Source of the DNA: Bigelowiella natans CCMP2755
Lineage: Eukaryota; Protista; Cercozoa
NCBI GenBank assembly: GCA_000320545.1
Contig: ADNK01002807.1
Coordinates: 40,453-104,452, forward strand
DNA: 64,000 bases
Direction of reading: 5' to 3'
This document shows positions 1 through 14,095 of the stretch, piece after piece. The position numbers and the translations under genes are program-made. Each line of letters opens with the position of its first letter. Position 1 is the stretch's first letter. Under the pieces are notes generated by a model. It saw only the letters and a list, made by a program, of their open reading frames with translations. It had not been told where the DNA came from and ran no database searches.

Positions 1-71
1 TGATGATTCGGTTGATCGTTGTCATCACTGCGGCTACTAATTACTTACTTCAAACTTACTTACTACATACA

Positions 72-1080
72 GGGGGGATTAGAGAACCTATATGTTCTTG
101 GAACTTTCTGCGTCGATAATGGGCCAAACAAAGGTACTAATTCTACTAGTGCAAATTACAAACAGTAGTACCATTTTTCACACAAACAGCGACCACTCCC
201 CACCCCCCCAAAAACACTTACACATTACATCACATCACATCACATCACATCAGGATTGAAGAAGTTCATAACATCACATCACATCACATCACATCAGGAT
301 TGAAGAAGTTCATAACATCACATCACATCACATCACATCACATCAGGATTGAAGAAGTTCTTGAAAGCTGCGTCTGATGTATGTATTTATTCAAAACATA
401 TTTATAAGAAAGAGGAGCTCGCCTACTCACTCACTCACTAAAAATATGTCATATCTCTTGTTGAATATCTATAATACAATAGAATCAGTAACAATTTACG
501 TATTATTCGTGGGTCATCATGTTTGCTTCCTTTCATCATCGTTATCACTATCATCATCATTGTAATTATCAGCATCACCATCATCATCATCATCATCATC
601 ATCATCCTCGTGTTGATTATCGGATCATTAGGAACCTGAAACTGTGACAAACTACGAATTCATGCAGGATTATAACGTACAAATAATATATAAAGAGAGC
701 ACTTAAACAACAACAGATGACAGTAGTGATAGTAACACATCGTATACAAAGAAGAAAAACGCTAATTACGCTTCGATATCATCACAGAGCATGAGTATGA
801 TCATTGCCATAATCACGATCAGGTTCATCTTAAGCATGATGATGGACGTATGGAAAAGACACCTTACTTCAGTCTCCCTGCTGATGATCTCAAGGTGATA
901 ATGATCATAATAGCAGTGTTGTTGTTGTTGTTGTTGTTGTTGTTGTCGCTAAAGATGATGATGATGACCACCAATGATTTACTACAAACTACAAACAGGA
1001 TGTGATTGCGCCTTCATGTTACTCTTGCTTCGACTACATGAATAATCTTGCTGACCTTGTTGTTGGGTATGTGTATGTGT

Positions 1081-1115
<35 letters not shown>

Positions 1116-1445
1116 AGTAGTAATAGTAGTAGTTGTTGTTGTTGTTGTTGTAATCTCCCTCCCGTTTTTGTTACTTCCTTTTTCTTTGCTCATCGTTCTC
1201 TCCAAACTTGTGTGGTTTGTCTTTTGTTGTCAGTTGTACGCGACTTAATTGTTATCATTATTGCAATAAGATGTTATTGATATCTGGATTATTTATAATT
1301 GTACACACCACTGCAAGGTATATGGGGGTACCGTGGCAAAATCGAGACATGAATGAGCATGAGCAGGTAGTAGATCCTCCGCTACATACATACATACATA
1401 CATACTATACATACATCAACAACTAATTGCTGTTTACTACGTTGT

Positions 1446-1479
<34 letters not shown>

Positions 1480-2762
1480 AGACGGTTGTCGTACGAAATG
1501 CTAAGGGTTCCGAGATGCTTGAGCTGGTATGATCAGAAGTGTTGTGATGCCTACTACTGGTTATGGCATCAACGCCACACCAACCACTTGTTTAAGATGA
1601 TAGCATTGTTTGTGTTCATATTCAATGGTGCTTATGATGAAGAATCAATGAATGAATTCATGCTGTTTATAATAGATCAGGTCAGATTTGGACATATCCC
1701 CTCCCATGGAATCAGGAGATCGAACCCCATTTGTGCTTGAGGTAGGAAGAGGAGGAGGAGGAAAATGATGAGGAGTAGTAGGGGAAGGAAAAGGAAAGGG
1801 ATATCAAGCATCAACTGATTTTCGCAAAGAATCTTCTTTTTCAATACAACCCAGTCATTACCATCATCATCATCACCAATATCAATTTCTTTATTAGCAT
1901 CAATAGCATCATCGTTGTTCCCATTATTATTCTCTCTATCATCCTCATCATTGATCAATTATCATCTTTATAATTACATCAGACAGTTAAGACCGATGAT
2001 CAGGCTACTCTAGGGCCAGAATATGGCGGTTATACTACTACTAATACTACTACTAATACTACTACTACTTCTAACATACAACCTACTACTGAACATTGTA
2101 GAAATGTAGCAGCAGTAGCATTTACGTCGTACGATTTAGAAAATTCGTTAATTAATCGTTCCCAACAACATAGGCACCACGCAGCAGCCAGCTCCAAGAT
2201 TTGTAGGGAGGATCATAGCATGGATTCTTGAAAAGGTAGGTGTGATCGACTTATTGATTGATTTAGTGGTTTGTGTACTATAGGGGTGTTTGTTTGTTCA
2301 TCTGAGTTGTAGATATTTTGGTATCATCCATTCACGATGGTATAATATGAGCTGTGTTGCTACTGCTGCTGCATGTGCTCTGTCTTCTGTTCTGCGCTTA
2401 TTGCGGGTGGTGTCATCATCATCCTCCTCCTCATCATCATCATCATCAGATTGGGCCTAAAGGCCTGGAATTCGCTAGATATAGCCTTGACTATCACTGG
2501 ATTCGGTAGTGTTTTCATTATAATCGTCATCACTATCATCATTATCATCATCATGGTTCGCATGGTAATATAAGTGTAAAATATTATGTCATTGAGCAAC
2601 AATAACAAAAAAATGATTGCAAACGTATTAATTCCCCTATTTCCATGATAGAAGACTGGAACTCATACATAATATCCCCTAAATATCATCAACACAACGT
2701 AGAAACTATCTTTATGTACAACGCAACTTCAAAGCAGAACATGCTGATCGGTATTAGTAGTT

Positions 2763-2795
<33 letters not shown>

Positions 2796-3176
2796 CATAC
2801 CAACAACGAATTAGAGATCTCGAAGAGTATCAGTATCGTATCAATAGACTGAAGAACCATTAGAATATTAAGGAATCGCTAAAAAGCACAAATTGCAAAA
2901 TATGTATCGGCTCGTTTGCCAAGTGATTGAGCGTATAAGAGAGAATTTGTGGTCATCAATGGGTATGCCTTCTTTCTCTAAGACGTGCACGTAATAAACA
3001 TATCACAAAATAAAAATAGTATAGCAAATCACAAAAACAACACCCCTATACTCTCGCCATTGTATTGCAGACATGTACCAGAGTACGTGAAAAAAATTGT
3101 TTCGGAATATGACAAGAATGGTGAGGTCACCAAACGCAGTATGCTTGGACGCCGTCCACCAAAGAAGCTCTTTTAG
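72..3176 (+). CDS. HCAR: 7-hydroxymethyl chlorophyll a reductase (multi-exon; 5' end upstream of window)
   Basis: GT-AG exons splice to GLENLYVLGTFCVDNGPNKGLKKFLKAASDEPETVTNYEFMQDYNVHLKHDDGRMEKTPYFSLPADDLKDVIAPSCYSCFDYMNNLADLVVGYMGVP...IGPKGLEFARYSLDYHWIRNYLYV...HVPEYVKKIVSEYDKNG...LF*. This matches the plant HCAR/FrhB-like C-terminal half as I recall it. Stop TAG at 3174-3176. Confidence 0.93.
223..362 (+). repeat. Tandem triplication of (CACAT)n + splice acceptor + first 14 nt of an HCAR exon
   Basis: cag|gattgaagaagttc occurs at 251, 295 and 344; only the third copy continues into coding sequence. Confidence 0.85.
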
Positions 3177-4458
3177 TCTTGAAAGCAGAAAGTATACTCG
3201 ATCTATCACGAACCATTTAGCGTGTACACTCAGTATTTGTTGAATATAATATATGCTTTGGGGCAAGAAGGCCAGCAGATTTCTTATGAGAATCTGTGCA
3301 ATGAAAGTATTAGATGAAGCATCCAAAAAGACAGGGGAGATTCTGTATTCTTATGATTGCAGAAAATCAGATTGCAGCAGTAATTATTACATCATTGTGC
3401 AAAAAGATTATGTCAAAGCAAACTTTGAATGATGTAGTGACAGTGAAAACTAGCAGCATCGCTGCACCGTCATTTCTCTGCACGCACATAGCGTCGTTTT
3501 GTCTGCGCACGCGTGGCATCGTTTGTGCCATAAATTTCTTTACTTTTGCACGTTGAAAATGCAAAGTGATTCCGCATAAGTGCGCACACGTATATTTTGG
3601 TCTGCGTTCATGTCAAAACAATGGTGCATAGGCTAGCTGCTCTGTTGTGCGCAATGCAAACACAATGAGATTTTAATGTACATACGTGGATGTGTCCACA
3701 CTGCGTGAGCAGCTATTTTTTCGCTGCTGTATCGATCTGATCTGCAGCATGTCAATGAGCAAAGCATGCATCTAGTGCATGATGACGACTCCTCGCAATT
3801 TAGAGATTATTGTTTTTCGCACATGGAAACTTTGATTCATTATTATTTTTTGCTCTCCTACGATATTATGCTATCTGCAAAAAATGTTAGCACCCAGCGG
3901 AAAAAATCTTTTTCCTGCACCTTCGGCCTGTTTATGTGATATGGAAATCTTCTATGGAATGTATACCTAAAGGGATACGAATGGTCATCAAAAAAGCAGT
4001 TATCTTTTGTCCCATGCAATGATCCAAGACATACAATAAAAATTAAATGGTTTATAATTCAAATGTTGTCTATGAAAAGTGACTTACGTATTGTACTCGT
4101 TACATGTATTCATCATCGTCGTAGCAATTGCTCTGTTCATTTTTTTGGCAAATGAGTCGCATTATTCACTCACCCTATTAAGGTCAGAATGGACCCAATA
4201 CTCCATATTCCTATTTGGTAGCCGACATCCCCAGACAGCTTGGACACACACGCTGTCATTACGTATAGAAAGTATGTTCTCAATTACACGCTGCGTCGCC
4301 AGAAAAAGAAAACAGGTGGGAAAACTTCCACTCATCTGCAGCAAAATCCATAGCGTAATATTTTTTCTGTGAGAAGCTTAGCTAAGCAAGACAATAAAAT
4401 ATTTTTTGTAACCCTGATGATTTAAAATATACTCTTCCTATGCAAGCCTGTTGAGCAT

Positions 4459-4860
4459 TCAAAACAATCTCTGATTACTTCGCAAAGAGCGGATCAAGTC
4501 CTTTTTCATCATTTCGATCTCTTCCCTTATTATAAAACAACGATGTCATTAGCTTAGAGCACAGTGTACATAGGTTTGTTAGCTTACAATTCGCGTTCGT
4601 ATGCGTCGTATTCGTCCCAATCTTCTTCCTGCCGCTGCTCCTCCTCCTCCTCCTCCTCCTCATCTCCTGCATGTGCTGCGGGATGATGATACTCCACATT
4701 TGCATCGAATATTTTAACTTCCCAGCCCTCCACTACCACGGGTGTCGAGTTTTTACGCTCCATAGGTTTCTAATTTCAGTAAAGATCTTAGCGTTAATAA
4801 TGGGGCATGAACCGTAAATGAACACTTACTTCGTCCTCTGAGAGCCCCTCCTCGTTCTAT

Positions 4861-4922
<62 letters not shown>

Positions 4923-5040
4923 GCTGTCAACAACGTTATAAAATGGCACTACAAGATACATACACGTAGGATTCCTGGGTCCCCCCCTTCGTACAGGCTG
5001 CGCGGAAGCATGGAAGATCTAGGAGCGGCTGCTTTAATCT
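4459..5040 (-). CDS. Putative spliced acidic protein of unknown function (both ends uncertain)
   Basis: Phase-compatible GT-AG exons read DLPCFRAACTKGGTQESY|NEEGLSEDE|KPMERKN...EEEEQRQEEDWDEYDAYEREL|EEIEMMKKDLIRSLR. No recognisable domain. Confidence 0.35.
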
Positions 5041-5111
5041 GCTGCTGCTGTTAAATTTGATCAATATTTAACACATAAAATATCCTATTAAAAGTGTCTA
5101 TAACTTCTAAA

Positions 5112-5143
<32 letters not shown>

Positions 5144-5353
5144 ATCAGCGGCTGCTTTAATCTGCTGTTCGATTTGATCAATAGTTAATATATAACAATA
5201 TCGTAGGAAAAGTGTCTATCCTGTCTGAATTTGGTCAATAATTAACACGGGAGAATATCGTAGGATAGTTGTCGGTTCTTCGCTTCTCAAATGATGATAA
5301 TTTCGATCGATGAGGACTAGCGACCATTGCAACTAGGGAAAGCGCCAACAACG

Positions 5354-6470
5354 ATGGGCGCTTTCCTCTCTCATCCATCACTTCCTCTATCTTCCTCACT
5401 CCGCAAGCATGGGAGTCTCATAAAAATGATTGCAGTCATTACATCTGCCTACGCCCTTGGGAAAGCTTTGAAATCACACAGGGAAAAACAGTATGATAAA
5501 TGCTTCAGACTGAATTTATTACTTTGAGTAACTAGCACATTATTTGTATTTTTCAGGGACAAAAGTCTGGAGGCGAAGCTCTTTTGGAGGTACAATGATT
5601 GTTTTTTAGTACTACTGCGAATAAAAGCAGGGACACTACTACGTTATATCCAAAATAAGGAGAGCACATGCTTCCCTTGTGCCTCCTGAGACCACCAAGC
5701 CTACTATTAGGCTTATTTAATACTTCACTCCTATTCTTTTTTTACACATCATATTTTAGAAGAATAAAGTCGCTGAAATATGCCGCTCGTCCAAAGTACG
5801 CGGCCAATACTTGGAATCGTCTCAGTCTTGCAACGGTAGTAAGTAGTAGCAATATATAAATTGACAAGTAGTTTGAATGCCCGCTGTAAGGGTAAACACA
5901 TTTCAAATAGCAAACCCCTCTCCTGCCCCCACTGTAAAATGTAGTAATCTTCCGTTGTAAGTATTAAAGATAGTGCAAATCGGCGGTTCAGCGTTCGTTG
6001 TCTCCATCCCCCCCCGCCATAAGGTTAAAGGCCAAGAAAGATGGGAAAGGCTACGATCTGAGCTTAGAAAAAGTGTGACTTCCATCAATTCTGCCCCAGA
6101 AATAAACATTGACAAAATATCAGAAACGGTACTACTACTACTGCTACTACTACAGCATCATTATCTATAGTTGTGTGCTACTCTTCATTTACGCAATTGC
6201 AGGATTTTTCCTTGAGGTTCGAAAAAAGTTATGGTGGAAATGGCATCCCGGTATTGCTAACTGGGGAATCGATTAGAAAATGGCCTTGTATGGGGGGAGG
6301 GGAGAATATCAGATTTAATGATGAGAAGAGTGGAAGTAGCAGTTGTTGTAGCAGTACCCGTAGTGTTAGAAGAAAGACAAGCAGCAGCAGCAGCAGCTCT
6401 ATGACCAGCAGTAACACTGTTACGACGACTACGACGACAACAACGGGAAGCAACACTGCTGCAACAACCC

Positions 6471-6505
<35 letters not shown>

Positions 6506-6714
6506 CGTAATAATATCACTACTGGTAATGAGGAGGATGGTAAAAGTGGTCTTAGTAGTAGTAGTAGTAACAGTAGTGGAAGTGCCTCTTCTCCTTCGTC
6601 GCATTATTCGCTGTCATCTTCATCATCACTACCAACAAAATCGCTACTGCTTCCATCGTCTTCTTCCTCTTTCTCTGCTACCCCCTCATCCTCCTCCGCC
6701 TCCTCCCAATCATC

Positions 6715-6745
<31 letters not shown>

Positions 6746-7263
6746 TCATCATCATCATCACCGTCGTCTCTCCGAGGATTGTGGACCCTTGAAAGGCTGG
6801 CCAGTAGGTTTCCCAACTCACACTTCAGGCTGTCGGATACGCATACAGCTACCATATCACTAAGCGATTTCGCAAGGTAATTAATTGGGACTAAGATGAT
6901 GATGATGAGCAAACATATGATACTACTACATCCGTATGCAAGTACACAGTCCTCCTTGTGTTTCTTAGATATTCTTTGGAGAATCAGGACGATTCTCCTC
7001 TTGCGATCTACGACAGCGCATTCGTAGATAGAAACGGTAAGCTGCTGCTGCTGCTGCTGCTGCTGCTTCCCAGTAGTTTATGATTGATGATGGTGTAATA
7101 AGTATATACTCGTTATTCTTTTAAATCTTCATGGAAAAAGCAGAAATTCAACAAAGTTCTTTTAACAAAATTCTTGAAACAAATGTCGATGTACCCAGGT
7201 GGATTTATTGGTACAAGTGGACCAATAATATATCATCATTAAATATAAATATGTATATATATG

Positions 7264-7302
<39 letters not shown>

Positions 7303-8480
7303 GAGAACTCATCCTAAATCATTACCACTATCTTAGGAAAGGAGAAAGTTATGGCGGAGGAGTACATAACACCGGAAATCTTTAAAGATGATCTCTTTAA
7401 TTATTACTTTGAAAGACCACCTCACAGATGGGTATGATGATGATGATGATGACGACAACGACGATAACATGTGGCAGTTTGTATCAAGAGTTGTCATTTC
7501 TACTGTAGACTAAGAGAAAAGTGCCGTCGTCTATGAATAAAATGGCAAACGAATAATTTAGATATTGAGTAAGCTACTGCTTTGATTTTATGACATCAAC
7601 AACAAGAAACTAATTTAGACTGGTGATACTGCTACTACTACTACTACACTACTACTGCTACTACTGTTACTATTACTACTACTACTACTATCAGATACTG
7701 CTTGCCCCAGAGAGATCTGGAACAGGTGGCGGTGGTGAAACATGATGATGATGATGATGATGCTTGCTGCTGCTGCTCAAACAACTACTTTTAAGTTATT
7801 GTAAGACACATCGCTGGGACAACCATTTACCATATCCACTTCTCCTCCTTAACCCCCCCCCCCCCTCCTCATTTACCATATCCGCTTCTCCTCCTTACCT
7901 CCCCCCCCTCCAATAATTAACTGTAGGAATCCATCTTGATCCTTTGTACACGTCAGCTTGGCTTGCTCTTTGCACTGGCCAAAAACGTATGATGATGTTG
8001 TTGTAGTAGTAGTAGTGGTGGTGGTAGTGGCTGTGTGCATTAGTCTTGTTACACCACCATAGAATAGGAATAGCATCAGCTGAAAGGATGATGATGAAGA
8101 TGATGATGATGATGATGATACGTTATAGCATAAACTAAAATGTCCAAGTCTTTGTAGCAGTAGCCGTAGCAGTAGTAGTAGTATTTTGGATGATGATCCT
8201 ATTTTGTTTTCTTCTTCTTCTTTGTCACTACTATAAACCATCAATCCCAGTAGCACTGAGAATATAACCTCATTATTGTGCTGATTTGCTATTAAATCAT
8301 GATTCTCTCCTGGAAAAAATACAAAGTGTATATTTTCCATTTCACCATATACTATTTCCTTGTATAAAAGTTCTCTCCTATATCACCGTAGTATGCATTC
8401 TTTTCCTTCTTCTTCTTCTCCCTGTGGTGAGAGGGTGAATGATAGGAATAATATGTGTGATGATGATGATGATGATGATT

Positions 8481-8514
<34 letters not shown>

Positions 8515-8584
8515 TGCTGTTGTTGTTGTTGTAACCTGTCGTCATAATAAGTATCAGCCCTCATCATCAGAGCATGTTTCTCTC

Positions 8585-8626
<42 letters not shown>

Positions 8627-8907
8627 ATCTCTCTAAGGTTGGGTATTATTCCCCCCCCCATACTGATCCAAGTTTGATTGGAGGAGCTACAAAGAAATCA
8701 TCGTCTAGCAGTATTGATTATGATGATGACAGCAATATTACCAAAGAATCAGTTAAATTCTTCTTAGAAGTGTACCCCAGATTGAAAAGAGAAGGATGGG
8801 GATGGAACAGCAACAAAGAAGAAGAAAAAGAAGAATGTGGCGACAGCAAGGAAAATGATGATGATGCCGATAATTCTGTGGAATTCAAAAGAAAGGGAGA
8901 ACAAAGA

Positions 8908-8944
<37 letters not shown>

Positions 8945-9303
8945 GCTCTTATACGGAGAAAGTGATAAAGGAAGGGAAGGAGGGGGAGGGAGCAGCTTAT
9001 AATGATGATGACCATCATCATCCTCATCATCATCCTCATCATCATCATCCTCATCTTGGGAATCAATCGCACTGTCACTCATCGCCATTTCCTCGAAAGA
9101 TGTACATACAACCAAATTGTTGTTATTATAATTATTATTGTTGTTATTATTGCTATTATTGTTATTGTTATTATTGAAAAGAACCGACAATAACTAGCAC
9201 CGCTTCTCTTTTTTTGCGTAAATTTATGCATTGATGAAGAGAAAAGAAGACGAGAGATCCTATACATGAGATGATATTTTGAGATATGATAATGGTAATG
9301 GTA

Positions 9304-9334
<31 letters not shown>

Positions 9335-9355
9335 CGATGATGATCTGCTCTTTGA

Positions 9356-9391
<36 letters not shown>

Positions 9392-9492
9392 TACTAAAAT
9401 CATCTAGGATGTTGGAGATATTACAAAATCCCGGCGAAATTGTGTTTGTCCCTCCAGGATGGTATGTAGCGAATAATAGTTGCAGACTAACG

Positions 9493-9523
<31 letters not shown>

Positions 9524-9931
9524 TAGTTGCTAGTGGAAAATGAGGATTCAACAACGCAATGTAGTACTAATTATACTAATAATAGTGGTGATGACAATGG
9601 TCTAATTCGATGGTAATTAAGAAGAAGAAGATGAAGATGATACTCACTATCATTGAACTACTACTACTACTGCTACTACTACTACTACACAGGTGGCATG
9701 CTGTTCTCAACTTGGATGACACCGTTTCTGTGACTCATAATTACCTTAGTCGATACTCAATGCGACCTAATCTGGTAATAGTTGTAGTACAAGATGGTAC
9801 AACGTGCAACTACTACTACTACTACTACTACTACTCTGCTACTATTGTGTAGTTATGTATGTAGCTCTATTTATAATAATAATGATAGCAACAACATATC
9901 GTTCTTTGCTGCACTCACTTTTGATGGAGGA

Positions 9932-9968
<37 letters not shown>

Positions 9969-10575
9969 GCACCATTTTTCAGCTATGGCCAGAGCTTTGC
10001 ATTCACCAGCCCGAATTCGCCCCACGTTTTTATCGACAAGTGAGGAGATTTGAATCGGAAATTGCACGACAATTGTTCAAAATCCACATGAAACTACGCA
10101 CAGGGGGAGAATCTTTGCGGGGGAAACTGGTAGTGGCATACATACATACATACATACATACATACACACATACGTGGATTGCGGATATATTGACACCGTA
10201 GTTATCATGTTCCCAAATCATCGATATCTATGCAGAAACACACACACTCACACACGCACACAGGATGTTCGAAAGAACATACGATTCAAAAATAGTTTAT
10301 TGAAATGTAAAGATATGAGGCAAAACTTTGGCAAAAACTTTGTTAAGCTTTGCTTTCCACTGGTATTAAACAATGTATCCTCCTATTCACAGGGAATACC
10401 CTCTTGCTGCTGGAAGATAGTAGAAGCTGAAATGCCAAGCATTTGGGAGGATAAAGATCCAGCAGCAGCAGGTTCATTCGACAAGAAAGAGGAAGCAAGT
10501 CATATAGATAAGAAAAAGGGCGGTTTCAGTGGTAAAGATGAAGAGGATGATGATGAAGATGATGAACTTCTGTGA
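5354..10575 (+). CDS. JMJD6: JmjC-domain hydroxylase/demethylase, JMJD6-like
   Basis: Exons give RRIKSLKYAARPK (cf. JMJD6 KRIREAKRSARPE), [40 protein letters not shown] (HxD), RWVLFPP and [30 protein letters not shown] (distal His). Stop at 10575. Start ATG 5354 is inferred. Confidence 0.88.
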
Positions 10576-10654
10576 ATGACTCTCCTATTTATTATTACAT
10601 TTGGCAGTAGCCAATAGCTTGATGTGTAACATATATAGCAGCTATGAAAAATAA

Positions 10655-12310
10655 ATTACGCATGCACGTGCATGTCTACTGCACATCACATGTGTTGCAT
10701 GTATGCATGTCCATTTTGCAAGCGTTAATGCATATCACATGATGATCTAGCGCTACACACAGTTCCTTTATTAGATGTAAGCAAGGTCTGGCTACATGTG
10801 TGCTCGATTGTTGCAGTAGGTATTGTTATTACTCCGAAGTCACGTTGCATTGTCCTGTCTACTACGACGCCCGCATAAGGAGCTAATAACTGAGTGCCAT
10901 GATGAGGAGATACAATTTTAGCCATCGAGAGGATGTATACTCTCACACAAGCGACAGCATCTAGCAAGCTAGATTGAATCTCATCTTGAGATATTGCAAA
11001 AATTGCGTAGCAATGCTAGAATGACCCTTCTTAGTTCTAGCTTTCGGCGAGTAGCGGCCATGGACATAACGAATTTCAAGCAGTAGTCAGTGACAAAAAG
11101 CTTGCTAGCTAGCTTGGTCGATCTGGTAACGATCGAACAAACGTGAAAGCAAGTGGCACAGTTTTGCATCAAATTGAAGCAAGCAACATGGTTTGTGTTC
11201 ATGCAATGTGTCCATGCATGCAACCGGAGCAGTGCACACGTGTAGCTGTTGATTGACAAACATTACATGCAAATTGTGCATGTTGCATCTCTCACATGTC
11301 ATCTGCACAACAAATTGTCACACTACAAATTGCTGTTTGTCAAAGTGGGGTGCTAGTGAACAGTTGCTCATCAGTGTGGACATCATGGAACAGCTACAGA
11401 CACAGCTTGACTGCTGTATGACTGAGGGAATGCCATTGCGCTACATTAGTGCACGCAGTTGCATGAGAAACACTGTGGATGACTTCAAGAAAGACACGAA
11501 GAAGTTGCACAGCATTCTCGGGAGCTTAGGGGGCATCTGCTTCTGCATTTGCAGATGAATGGAACGTGTACAGAACGCAGCAGATGCTTCTAGGTTCCAG
11601 CTAGGACTAGAGGAGCATCAACACAAAACGATTATCAGGACGGTTGATGCCCAAAACTTGATGCAATGACCTAGCAATTAGCATCACCATGAAGCTTCCA
11701 AGCATCGCCATCACATGGACAGCAGTGGATGCGATGTGTTTGTGGAGCCAACAATTTGGGAAGCTTCACTAGCTAGCTAGTTCATGACAGAGCGCGGGCA
11801 ATGTGACAAAGACGATGCTCATTCTAAGAGACACGTACGTGTAGGAACTGTGCATGCTTAGTCTCTTGTTAGCATGAGCTGTAGCATGTGTGATTCAGGC
11901 ATGCATGCTAAGAGACACGCATGCTAGCATGTGTAGGAACCATGCATGTTTAGTCTCTCACCATTGCATGTCGCACGTACGTTTTGAGTGATGAGAATGT
12001 TGATCATTTGCCTACGCCACTTACAGGAACACAAGTTAAACAACATTGACTCGTTGAACAAGATCACGCAATCAATTGAGACGGGTCATGTGGGGCAGAG
12101 GCGGCAACACACATACAACCCAATGCTAGAACATATCACGTAGAGCTAAAATGCCTTACGCATGCATGCGCGTGCGGCATGAGTCATGTAAGACAACATG
12201 CTGGCTTTGCAAACATGACATTTGTGATCAGACAATCGATGGAATGGAAACTGACAAGTGCAATTTGAGCATTGTAGCCGCCGCTTTGCATGGCTGCACT
12301 AGGATGATCA
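10655..12310. other. TpA-depleted, TG/CA- and CTAG-rich intergenic island
   Basis: Lies between convergent 3' ends. No microsatellites. From about 11130 the surviving TA is mostly in CTAG/CTAC/TAG. Confidence 0.7.
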
Positions 12311-12554
12311 TTGAGAGAAATGATTAATTCATTACATTCGTCTCATATTTACATTAGGTCAACCACATACAGATGCTGCTGCGACAATACGTAATTCGTG
12401 CGCGTGTATCGAAGCTCAAGAAGTATGCATCATAGCGTGTGTCAGGATTACTTTGATTTATTATCAACGTCATTCATGCTTTTGTTGATTTAGAAAAGTA
12501 TACGACGATGATGGAGTGGATCAATAGATCGATGGGATGAGGGGACACCATCCG

Positions 12555-13137
12555 CTATGTTGCAGCTGTGGATTTTTCACACCTATGAGCGAATTTACGA
12601 TACGCTTTTGACAATCCTTCAAAAATAGCCTCGGCTCGCACCTTTTGAGGAACTGTCAATCCACGGACCTGAATGAACATGAGGAGAAGGAGGAAGTGGA
12701 GGAAGAGGAGGAGGAGGAAGAAGAAAACACAGTCGATACCAGTAGATGGTGGAAAATTACAATACGCGCACACGCATAAGCATACGCACACACATATGTT
12801 GGATGATGGATGTATGTGGTTATGTATTGCCAATTGAACAGGTTTCCACGCGAAACTAGTGTTGTCTCTCAATCAACCCCCTTATCATTATTAGTACCAC
12901 CACTACCAAATATTACTACTACTGGTGCTACTTTAAAGAAATACCTTATCAGGATGTACTTGGAGGAGTGTCTTGTGATATGCCTTCTTCACAGTCCCAC
13001 TTACTTTGTTGATATTGCTTTTCCCCTTGAAATTAGTAGTGGTACTAAAAGCTTTAAAATCATCATCACCGAGCTTTTGCTGTAGAGAGAATGGATCATG
13101 GTCAAATCCCTCAGGAAATATCTCATCCATATGTACC

Positions 13138-13170
<33 letters not shown>

Positions 13171-13442
13171 GTAGTAGTAGTAGTAGGACAACACCACAGA
13201 ATAACAGTGTGCAAAGAGCAAAATGGGTAATCAGATTATTGTTATAATAATCATACGAAGACGCTGCTTAGATGATGGCAAAAATAATGAGAAACCAAGA
13301 TAGAATAGGTATTTATTAGATGTGCTGTTATGATACAATCATTACTACCAGAAGTTTGACTATATTCTTCTTGTGCTTTGAAAGCCATTCTTCCACATGT
13401 GCTGTCATCGCATTAGAAGCACACTGTAGTAGTAGCAGTAGT

Positions 13443-13474
<32 letters not shown>

Positions 13475-14063
13475 AAAGTAGTTGAAAGAGGGAGATACTG
13501 GTATGATCTGAACTAGTAATAGTACCCTTCTATAATCTTAAATCCTGGTGATGATGAATCGTACACAATGTTACAGAGTATTGCTTGTTGTGTTTGAATG
13601 AGACCTCTCTTGCCTCGATTTCTTTTTTCTCATTTTCAACCCTACGGTCTAGCGACGCCATTCGTTTGGCAATTCTGACATAGAGTATTAAGTAATAATT
13701 ACATCAGTGGTAAAAAACACATACAGAAAACAACCACCTCCTAAAATTGTTAGATGATAACAAATCATAATTTAAGGGAAATCATTAATCTCCCAATGAA
13801 TCGATGATATTTATCATATACATATTACAAGTACTTGAATCAATAGGCAAACACCTGTCTTTGAGGGATGATGACGAAGGAGCTTCATCAGCAGCATCAT
13901 TATCATTATCATTGTCACAAGCATCTTGATGATGACTCATAACATCGTTGTTGTTGTCAAGGTCGTCATCATCATCATGCTGGCCTCCTCCTCCTCCCCC
14001 GTGCTGTTTCTTGGAATTCTTCATCACTTCTTGAGCTTGTAGCTGCACTTTGTAACTTTACGC

Positions 14064-14095
<32 letters not shown>

